Source: Octopus sinensis (lineage: Eukaryota). Taken from it: DNA of 24,373 nucleotides. Each line of letters starts with the position of its first letter. Positions within the stretch are counted from its first letter, which is position 1. Below are positions 12,464 to 21,746 of this stretch, one piece after another. The position numbers and the translations under genes were made by a program. The notes beneath the pieces are model-generated. The model was not told where the DNA came from. It ran no database searches and was given only the letters and a program-made list of their open reading frames with translations. The stretch is from positions 1-24,373 of the forward strand of contig NW_021836423.1 of assembly GCF_006345805.1 (NCBI RefSeq). Reading direction: 5' to 3'.

Positions 12464-12878
12464 AGGCGCAGGAGTGGCTGTGTGGTAAGTAGCTTGCTTA
12501 CCAACCACATGGTTCCGGGTAGAGTCCCACTGCATGGCACCTTGGGCAAGTGTCTTCTGCTATAGCCTCGGGCCGACCAATGCCTTGTGAGTGGATTTGG
12601 TGGATGGAAACTGAAAGAAGCCCATCGTATATATGTATATATATGTATATATATGTGTGTGTATATGTTTGTGTGTCTGTGTTTGTCCCCCCACCATCGC
12701 TTGACAACCGATGTTGGTGTGCTTACGTCCCGTCACTTAGCGGTTCGGCAAAAAGAGACCGATAGAATAAGTACTGGGCTTACAAAGAATAAGTCCTGGT
12801 GTCGATTTGCTCGACTAAAGGTGGTGCTCCAGCATGGCCTCAGTCAAATGACTGAAACAAGTAAAAGAGTAAAATAGT
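12464..12878 (+). mobile_element. SINE family A, full length
   Basis: aggcgcaggagtggctgtgtggtaag ... tgactgaaacaagtaaaagagtaaaatagt; TA-rich flanks both begin gtattatatata. Confidence 0.95.
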
Positions 12879-12931
12879 GTATTATATATAATATATATAT
12901 ATATATATATTATATATATACATACATACAT

Positions 12932-13335
12932 AGATGCAAGAGCGGTTCTATGGTAAGGGAGCTTGCTTACCAACCACATGGTTCCGAGTTCAGTCCCACT
13001 GCGTTGCACCTTGGACAGGGGTCTTCTTCTATAGCCGCGGCCTCACGAAAGCCCTGTGAGTAGGCGGAAACTGAAGGAAGCCAGTCGTATATATATATAT
13101 GTGTGTGTGTGTGTGGTTGTATATGTTTGTGCGTCTGTGTTTGCCCTCCCAACATAGCTTGACAACCGATGTTGATGTCTTTACGTCTCCGTAACTTAGC
13201 GGTTCGGCAAAAGGAGACCGATAGAATAAGTACTAGGCTTACAAAGAATAAGTCCAGAGGTTGATTTGTTCGACTAAAGGTGGTGCTCCAGCATGGGCAC
13301 AACCAAATGACTGAAACAAATAAAAGAATAAAAGA
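12932..13335 (+). mobile_element. SINE family A, full length, diverged
   Basis: Colinear with 12464-12878. Confidence 0.9.
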
Positions 13336-13342
13336 TATATAT

Positions 13343-13694
13343 AGGCGCAGTCGTGGCTCTGTGGTAAAAAGCTTGCTTCCCAACTAGTAAGTTCCGGGTT
13401 CAATCCTACTGAGTGGCACCTTGAGTAAGTGTCTTCTACTATAACCTCCGCCCGACCAAACCCTTGTGAGTTGATTTGGTAGACGGAAACTGAAAGAAGC
13501 CCCTACGTAAATACATGGATATGATCGTGCGTCTGTGCTTTCCCCAACCATCGTTTGTCAATCGATGTTGGTGTGTTTACGACCCCGTAAAAGAGCAGTT
13601 CGGCAAAACAAGAAATACTAGGCTTACAAAGAATAAGTACTGGGGTTGATTTGTTCAACTAAAGGCGGTGCCCCTGCATGGCCACATTCAGAAA
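13343..13694 (+). mobile_element. SINE family A, diverged, with 3' tail eroded
   Basis: aggcgcagtcgtggctctgtggtaa...ggcggtgcccctgcatggccac. Confidence 0.85.
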
Positions 13695-13705
13695 TGCCGT
13701 AAGCT

Positions 13706-13778
13706 CAAAACGTTGCCTTTTCAGAGAACGAAAAAATAGTTTCACTATTTTTCTGTTCTCTGAAAAGGCAATGTGTTG
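13706..13778. other. Near-perfect inverted repeat/hairpin (~30-35 bp stem, 3-nt loop)
   Basis: 13711-13740 pairs with 13744-13773 with one mismatch and two G-U pairs (plus strand). Confidence 0.85.
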
Positions 13779-14092
13779 CAATTCACTTTGAAAATTTTTG
13801 ATATCTTAGCATCTGAAGCAGTTGGAGATACGATAGCAAAAATAAATAAATATTGGTAAAAAAAAAATGCATTTGACCAAATTTGGACATACGATAGTTT
13901 AACATAATAGCAAAGGATATATATAGAACAAATACTGAGAGATTAGCATTCTGGGCAAAATACTTCATAATCCCTCTGTTGGCACACCAGGCTAACATAT
14001 TGTTTTAGGTTAGTGAAGAAATCCAGGTAATCTTTTGGTAGGGTGCCAAGTTTTGGTTCATCACAATTCGACATTGTAGATCCGTTGATGAA

Positions 14093-14106
14093 TATATATA
14101 TATATA

Positions 14107-14169
<63 letters not shown>

Positions 14170-14206
14170 GAATGTATGTATGTATGTGAATGCATGTATG
14201 TATGTA
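14093..14206. repeat. (TA)n/(TATG)n microsatellite
   Basis: Direct reading. Confidence 0.9.
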
Positions 14207-14483
14207 GCTTGTAAATTCTTAATAGTAACGTTAGGGTCTGCAAATAAAACTCTAAAGCTCCTGTCTCATTATCCTGGCTACTTCTAATTATACTGACCTC
14301 TGAGTCAGTTTTTCAGGGTTTCATCATGATTATACCATATATGTAAGATAAATATTATAATAATAATTCTAGGATGGAATTTATAAATATTTAATACATT
14401 TCTACGATATACCAAAGTCATGTAATTTGTAGAAACGCGCATAGTGGCGTATTAAATATTCATAGATTCCACCTTAAAATTAT

Positions 14484-14635
14484 TGATATATTATATATAT
14501 ATAATATGCATACTCACTCATATATATTATATATATGTATATAATGTAAATTATATGTGTGTGTGCATGTGTGAGAGCGTATGTGTGTGTACTCTCTCTC
14601 TCTCTCTCTCTCTATATAATATATATATATATAAC

Positions 14636-14693
<58 letters not shown>

Positions 14694-14720
14694 TATATAT
14701 ATTATATATTATATATATAA
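14484..14720. repeat. (TA)/(TG)/(CT) compound microsatellite
   Basis: Direct reading. Confidence 0.85.
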
Positions 14721-15071
14721 TGAATAGACAGGTGTGTGTCGTTAGCCAGCTGGAAGAGACCTTTGCATGAGGTTAAAATGTAGTACACAGTTCTGTATAG
14801 AACAGCCTGCTATACTGGCAATTAATGTTGGCGTTATATATATATATATATTATATATATATATATATGTGCACGCAAGCAAATACACGGAATCAAAGAT
14901 GCAAATGATCTGAAACTTTGAAACAAAAGACAGATAAACGAATCAGACAGAATAAGAAGCAAAGACGGACTTTCAGAATGATAGGAAGTGTAATTTGAGA
15001 AATAATGGTAAATATATTTCTAAAATAACTAGGAGGGTGTTATTTATATTTTGCGAGCTTTCTGTTTTCCT

Positions 15072-15076
15072 CCTCT

Positions 15077-15111
<35 letters not shown>

Positions 15112-15161
15112 TCTCTCTCCCTCTCTCTTTCTCTCCCTCTCTCTCTCTCTCTCTCTCTCAT

Positions 15162-15207
<46 letters not shown>

Positions 15208-15211
15208 ATAT
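15072..15211. repeat. (CT)n followed by (TA)n
   Basis: Direct reading. Confidence 0.95.
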
Positions 15212-15612
15212 AAGTGACATTAAACTTATGTCACCCTTCCATTTTGCTTCTAACAAATTTGCTGAAGTGTTGTCTATGTTAGTCTATGTTAGTCTTGATC
15301 CAGAAAGCCTCAGGTCGAAAATATTGCAGCTGTGACCACCCGTTTCTTAGTCATCTTTTTTTTCTTTTTTTTTTTTTCGTTTTTCTTTGAAAAATAGTAT
15401 CTAGAGAAAACTTTATCCAGAATATCATTCGTTTGATTTTATGTTCAAAATGTTTGTTCAGGAAAAGATTTGGCTTCAATTTCTAGTTCGGTGATCAATC
15501 AAAGAAATGTTTCCTCGTTGAAAGACATTGCTATTTGCTTATGATACATAATTTTAGCACATATCCTACAAAGTTTTGATCTCAGAGCTCAATATTTGGT
15601 TAATATTTATTC

Positions 15613-15810
15613 CTTTTATTCTTTTAGTCTTTTACTTGTTTCAGTCATTTGAATGCGGCCATACCGGAGCACCGCCTTTAGTCGAACAAACCAATATCAG
15701 GACTTATTTTTTTGTAAGCCTAGTACTTATTTTATCGGTCTTTTATGCCGAACCGCAAATTTATGGGGTATGTAAACCAGACTAACATCGGTTGTCAAGC
15801 GATAGTGGGG
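15613..15810 (-). mobile_element. SINE family A, 3' half
   Basis: ttttacttgtttcagtcatttgaatgcggcc...catcggttgtcaagcgatagtgggg. Confidence 0.85.
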
Positions 15811-15922
15811 AGCGTAGGCTCGAAACGTAAAAAACTTTTTCACTTTCCGAGTTTAACCTAATACATTGTTTGTTGCTTACACCACTTGTCTTCGTTTTTA
15901 TATTTTTTGTGAATTCTCCACC
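15810..15922 (+). mobile_element. Short non-SINE segment starting with the 3' half of a minimal hammerhead-like motif (GAG-cgtagg-CTC GAAA CGU A)
   Basis: Stem II, GAAA and a palindromic ACGU are present; the CUGAnGA core is absent, with SINE sequence in its place. Confidence 0.4.
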
Positions 15923-15998
<76 letters not shown>

Positions 15999-16003
15999 CA
16001 GAC

Positions 16004-16053
<50 letters not shown>

Positions 16054-16069
16054 GATAGATAAGATAGAC

Positions 16070-16127
<58 letters not shown>

Positions 16128-16134
16128 GATAGAT

Positions 16135-16224
<90 letters not shown>
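15923..16224. repeat. (GATA)n tetranucleotide array
   Basis: Direct reading. Confidence 0.95.
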
Positions 16225-16979
16225 TACGACGAGGCGAGGCTATATCAAACAGCGTTTCAACTCTGTGTTAGTATTTGTGTGTATGTGTGCGTGTACAAGG
16301 GAATTATGTGAATGCTTGTATGTGTGAACCAGAGTTCTTTCAATAACAAACAATGACCGATGTCACATCTCAAAAGACAACCACTAGATAACATTGACAA
16401 GTGTATCAGTTTTAATTACCATCCATATTCTATCATTAACCCTTATTTATATTTATATATAAATTACTACAATTAGCTGCCATTTTTGACGGCACGGGAC
16501 CAGCTAGTATAAGCAATAATTTCTAATACTTTTAATAAAGCAATGCTTCTCATAGATAACACACACGCACACACACACACGCGCGTTTGTATATGTGTGT
16601 TTATGTCCGTCAACACAGCCGTATCCGCTTCCAAAACAGGACTGCAAAAGAGGAGCCTGCAGATTGTCTAATATTTTCAAACTCGTCCAACGCTATGCAT
16701 GAATTTTATCGATGTAAGAAGAGAAAGGAGCGAACGTTTCATTAATATTGCAGTGCGGAGAGATGCTCATATTTATCGGTTCGAGAACAACAACATTAAA
16801 GCTTTATGAACGTGAAAGGAATTATAATAGATTATTGTAATTAAGTTTAAAATTTTTTTTTTTAAATGAGAGAAAGGAATTTTAAGCTCAAAATGTTTCA
16901 TAGATTTTTACTAAATTAACCTTTCTTAATTTCAATCTAATCCACAAGAAAAAAAAATTATAATTTTATTGTATTTACA

Positions 16980-17015
16980 TTAACTTTTCTTTCTTTTCTT
17001 TATTTACAGGTGAGT
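16980..17015 (+). other. Juxtaposed 3' and 5' splice sites (candidate recursive splice site): TTAAC, polypyrimidine tract, TTTACAG|GTGAGT
   Basis: Branch-like TTAAC at 16980-16984, pure T/C tract, AG at 17008-17009 immediately followed by GTGAGT at 17010-17015. Confidence 0.5.
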
Positions 17016-17227
17016 GTTTCCATTAGATTTTCAATTCATTTTGGTTTTACAACATTTGGATACAGAAGCTTGGAACGAGGTAATCTCGAATGATTCTATC
17101 ATTATACTTATCATTATTATTATTATTATTATTGTGCTTGTTGTTAAGTAGATTTTCTTTATAACTCATTTTCTCCCTGCCTTTTGTTATTATTTCCCTT
17201 GCTAGGAATACAAAGAGTTCTAAATAA

Positions 17228-17385
17228 GGCTGCGATATGTCAGAAGTGTTAGAAAGTCTGACAAAATGTTTAGCGGCAATTTCTTCTGACGCAACCCATT
17301 CTGAGTTCGAGTTCGCCTTTCATCCCTTCGGTGTTGTTAAAACAAATTTCAGTCACGTTTTGAGATCGATGCAATCGACTTATCC
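17228..17385 (+). mobile_element. SINE family B, heavily decayed
   Basis: aaatgtttagcggcaatttc...ttctgagttc...gcctttcatcccttcgg...gatcgatgcaatcgacttatcc. Confidence 0.7.
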
Positions 17386-17754
17386 TCTCTTCTAGAACAC
17401 TGCTGGTATTGTGCCAAAAGCAGAAGTAATTACTTCCCTTGTTAAATATAAAAGTAGTCTGCGAACAAGAAAATTGCATTGAAGCTGCGTTAAAGCGATG
17501 TCAGATATGGCATGCAGACCGTCATATAACTTGTTTGACATTGCGTTTTTATTCTTCTCTTCCATTTTACGAATTCCGTGTGCACATGTGCATAGCATGT
17601 TCATATTTCTTTTCTCGGCTCCTACTTAAAATTGTTTATAGACCACAACCATCTCACGAACCTGCGTTCATGAGGAACCTTCCACGCTCCAGTGAGGTTT
17701 TTTTCTTTCTTTTTTTTTTTTTTGCTTTTTGCTTATTATATTTCTGGTGAAACC

Positions 17755-17845
17755 TGTGCAGTGTGAGACCGTGTTGTGAAAACCTTGCTCCCCCAACCAC
17801 ATGGTTCTCGGTTCAGATCCACAGAGTGGCACCCTGAATATGTGT
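17755..17845 (+). mobile_element. SINE family A, 5' head fragment
   Basis: cttgctcccccaaccacatggttctcggttcagatccacagagtggcacc. Confidence 0.7.
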
Positions 17846-18038
17846 ATGTGTGTGTGTGTGATTATATACTGATTATATATACTTTATTTCGGGTAGTTAT
17901 TGTTTATCTCCATGTCAGTCCTGACCGAGAAAGCCTATGATCAAAGGAATTCCAACCGTGCCCATCGCATTAATTTTCTATACATATGACAATATATTTT
18001 TTAATGTGTTCTCTTTTACTATTCGCTATTTCCTGCAG

Positions 18039-18053
18039 GAAATTGACTCGTCA
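18039..18053 (+). CDS. Candidate 15-nt microexon (EIDSS in phase 0)
   Basis: ttctcttttactattcgctatttcctgcag|GAAATTGACTCGTCA|gtatgt. Confidence 0.35.
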
Positions 18054-18564
18054 GTATGTTTGTGCTATTTTTATTCCGAGTTCATATCTTCCAGTGCTAA
18101 ATCCTGACGCAGCGATTAAAATATTTATCAAATGACATATTTTTTTTTTATCCTGTCAATACTGACAATAATATGTCTTTGAGAAGAATAAACAATTGCT
18201 AACATACTATCACATAAAAAAAAAGGGAGTACTTTTTCTGTGCTGTAGCAATTCCATATTAGCCAGATAACTCTCTCTGCAAGTTTATTTTATATTCTGA
18301 AAAAAGTCTGATGGAGATGCTGTGAGAGTTAATACTTTGTGTTTTTGTTTTTTGTAATTTTATATCATACCTTCCAGCAGGTTATTCACTGGTTTAGCAC
18401 AAAATTCTCGTTTCATGAGAGTGCAAATTGCTATCAGAAATATAAATAACCACCATGTAGTTCGGTTCCATGCAACAGTGTATTGGTTATTTTCGCAGTG
18501 GTGTGCATATTTTTTTGCCGATACACATATGTGTGTGTACCTGTATATATGTATGTATATATAT

Positions 18565-19115
18565 ATAATAGTTATCGCCATACTAATATGGCATTCTTAT
18601 AAAAATAAGAAAAAAAGCTGTCCGCTTATTCAGCTCCATGAGGCCATCGCCTTAAGTTAGCTATTTGATACACAAACTGTATCCATATAACCTTCGAACA
18701 AGGGAGGTCAGTCGCTCCACACTACTTGACCGGCAGCTACAGACGCGTTTGGGGTATTGCCCTTTTCAATGCAGCGTAGCCAGCCAGTAGGTGTCGCTCC
18801 GACAATCTCTGTTCGATGGTTTTATTTACCTAGTTTCAGTGGAATACATCCACTTGTTTTCAATAATAGAAATATTAAAATAACTAAGTCTCTCTAAAAG
18901 AGAACAGCGGCAGCGTTCCCGGAAATAATAGTTATCGCCATCTAATATGGCATTCTTATAAAATAAGAAAAAAGCTGTCCGCTCATTAGCTCCATGAGGC
19001 CATCGCCCTTAAGTAGCTATTTGATCACAAACTGTATCCATATCACCTTCGAACAAGGAGGTCAGTCGCTCCACACTACTTGACCGGCAGCTACAGACGC
19101 GTTTCGGGTATTGCC
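18565..19115 (-). mobile_element. Hammerhead-containing ~360-bp tandem repeat (retrozyme-like), left arm, ~1.5 monomers; ribozyme sense is on the minus strand
   Basis: gttatcgcca recurs at 18571 and 18931 (period 360); sequence is the reverse complement of the right arm. Confidence 0.9.
18736..18775 (-). ncRNA. Hammerhead ribozyme copy with two 1-nt deletions (lacks G12 and one stem II G)
   Basis: Minus strand: GCUGCA UUGAAAA GGG CAAUA CCCC AAA CGCGUC UGUAGC. Confidence 0.7.
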
Positions 19116-19877
19116 GCTGTTCTCTTTTAGAGAGACTTAGTTATTTTAAATATTTCTATTATTGAAACAAGTGGATGTATTCCACTGAAACTAGGTAAAT
19201 AAAAACATCGAACAGAGATTGTCGGAAGCGACCCTACTGCTGCTACGCTCTACGGGAGTAAGGCAATACCCCAAGCTTGAAAGGGCAATCCGGTCAGGCC
19301 GGTCAGAGTGTGGAGCGACGTGACCTCCCTTGTTCGAAGTTTATATGGATACAGTTTGTGTATCAAATAGCTAACTAAGGCGATGGCCTCATGGAGCTAA
19401 TAAGCGGACAGCTTTTTTCTTATTTTTATAAGAATGCCATATGTAGTATGGCGATAACTATTATTTTCCGGGAACGCTGCCGCTGTTCTCTTTTAGAGAG
19501 ACTTAGTTATTTTAATATTTCTATTATTGAAAACAAGTGGATGTATTCCACTGAAACTAGGTAAATCAAACCATCGAACAGAGATTGCCGGAAGCGACAC
19601 CTACTGCTGGCTACGCTGCATTGAAAAGGGGCAATACCCCGAAACGCGTCTGTAGCTGCCGGTCATTAGTGTGGAGCGACTGACCTCTTGTTCGAAGGTT
19701 ATATGGATACAGTTTGTGTATCAAATAGCTAACTTAAGGCGATGGCCTCATGGAGCTAATAAGCGGACAGCTTTTTTCTTATTTTTATAGGAATGCCATA
19801 TTAGTATGGCGATACTATTATTTTCCGGAAACGCTGCCGCTGTTCTCTTTTAGAGATATTAGTTATTTTAATATTTC

Positions 19878-19882
<5 letters not shown>
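19112..19882 (+). mobile_element. Same ~360-bp repeat, right arm, ~2.1 monomers; ribozyme sense is on the plus strand
   Basis: gccgctgttctc recurs at 19113, 19479 and 19836; the array ends in (TA)n. Confidence 0.9.
19615..19656 (+). ncRNA. Intact type I hammerhead ribozyme, U3:A8 core variant; predicted cleavage after C19650
   Basis: Stem I GCUGCA/UGUAGC (6 bp, one G-U); core UUGAAAA; stem II GGGG-CAAUA-CCCC; GAAA; palindromic stem III ACGCGU; GUC triplet. Confidence 0.85.

Positions 19883-19930
<48 letters not shown>
19881..19930. repeat. (TA)n
   Basis: Direct reading. Confidence 0.95.
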
Positions 19931-19935
<5 letters not shown>

Positions 19936-19937
<2 letters not shown>

Positions 19938-20136
19938 TTCGAGACAAAACCACTATTTTGCAAATCAAACAGGAAAGACTTAAATCAATACATAACAAAT
20001 TTTAATATAAGTAAATTTATTTTTATTTATTTATTTTATTTTATTTATTTATTTATTATTTACTTTATATTAAAAATTTTTTATGTATTGATAAGTCTTT
20101 CCTTGTTGATTTGCAATAGTGGTTTTGTCTCGAATT
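19936..20136. repeat. Fold-back inverted repeat: ~80-bp arms around a (TTTA)n spacer
   Basis: aattcgagacaaaaccactatt...gtaaat (19936-20016) versus atttac...aatagtggttttgtctcgaatt (20058-20136). Confidence 0.9.
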
Positions 20137-20219
20137 ATATTATATAATATTTTACTATTAATTGGATTAATCCTAAATCTGATTTTTTCCCTGTAATTTT
20201 GGATTTATTCCCTAATATT

Positions 20220-20263
<44 letters not shown>

Positions 20264-20759
20264 TCATGTTTATATCCCCTTATTCCTTTCTGTAAATTTC
20301 ACTATATATATTGGGAGAGACAGACACGCAAACAGAGCGCATTTTGTTATATGCCAGTTACTAGATCTTAAATATATTCTGCACATTTGCTATAAGCCTA
20401 GGTCCCTTGGCTAGTTGAGATAAGGTCCAATTGTCGTGCTAATTAGCACCCTCTGTACCCACTTGACCACAACTGTCATTTGTTCTCCAAGCAATAAACT
20501 TGTCCTTTTTCTTCAATGCCATGTCAATCTTCGAAGAATTGTTGAGTTCTGAGATTTTTCCCTCTTTTTTCAAGTAGAATTCGTTTTTAATGAATGTCAT
20601 TTGATAATCACGATACGTTCTCTAGGAACGGACATAATTTCAATAAATCATGAATTTGTTGTACGTATTTGATATACCTGCATGTATCTATGCTGTTAAA
20701 ATATATGTCATGCGTCTTTCTGTAGCGTTTTATCAACCGATGTAACCCCAAACAAGCAT

Positions 20760-21200
20760 TTAGTTACAACCAAGCAAACTACAAGGTATCTTGTGTGGCT
20801 CTGCGTCGGCAAGACTTGAAAAAAGAATATAGAAAAAAGTGAAAGGGTTACAGTGAACTTGCCATGAGGAGTGGAATATCCGACGTTTCGGAGACAATCC
20901 TTTGCCAGTGAGTAGAGAAAAAGAGAAGTTGAAGAAAGACAAACAGGGTTTTACTTCCTCTCAGCTGGAAAAACTGGCTGCAACTGATAATCGACGCAGA
21001 ATAATACGGGCTGCAAACGTGAAACAGAAGTTATAGGAGAGGGCGTGCAGAAAGGAAAAGGAAAAGGGAGATGGAGAGAGTAGAGATTAGTAAATATGAG
21101 AATGTTGCGGAGAAACTTGTCTTTATCAACGTTTGAGTTCATCATGTCATCAACTGTGGGGCATGAAATCGCGTATTCTTAATTTCGGCGATATTTAAAC
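20760..21200 (-). mobile_element. Possible Penelope-like element terminal-repeat remnant with a decayed minimal hammerhead (20882-20908)
   Basis: Minus strand: CUGGCAA A GGA-uuguc-UCC GAAA CGUC; two core substitutions; boundaries approximate. Confidence 0.45.
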
Positions 21201-21705
21201 TTACGAGGTGAAAAGATGAAATTTGGTTGCCTGGGTGTTTTAGACTTTCTGATGACTACGGAACTTCTGTATTCTATAATTGTTTGTTAGCAACTTTTGT
21301 TGATGTTTTTGTTAGAGGTAAGTGCATTAGACCAGCTGACACAGTTCTCCTCCATCAAAATTATGAATATAAAAAAGATATTTATTTTCTGCGAGAGGCA
21401 GAAACAGAAGTTCGTTTCATTTCTCCTCCCTCCTCTCCCTCCCTCCTCCTTCCTTACTTCTTCTGTCCCTTCTTCGTCTTCATCCCTTTCTTGTTGTCTT
21501 CCTCTTTTTAATTAACATAAAGGCGAAATAAAAATACGTATTCACTCGTAGACTTGTATGAATTTTTATACATTACTAAATTACTCCTCATCGTTTTCCT
21601 TTATAATATATAATCACCAGCATCATGAACCAACTCTAAATCCTTTCCTTCACTTTCTCCTTAACATCATTCTGATCAGTATCATCACGTGACATAAATT
21701 ACACA

Positions 21706-21744
<39 letters not shown>

Positions 21745-21746
<2 letters not shown>

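Noticed and set aside
16478-16508. Helitron-like 3' end (short hairpin, then CTAG|T)
   Set aside because: Only a 4-bp stem and no identifiable 5' terminus
17439-17750. 103-aa ORF
   Set aside because: No recognisable homology, and it runs into a poly-T tract
19668-19700. Possible Pol III A/B boxes in the ribozyme monomer (tggagcgactg ... gttcgaagg)
   Set aside because: Weak A-box match and only about 20-nt spacing
21290-21325. Strong donor GAG|GTAAGT
   Set aside because: No convincing upstream acceptor or reading frame; isolated donors are common
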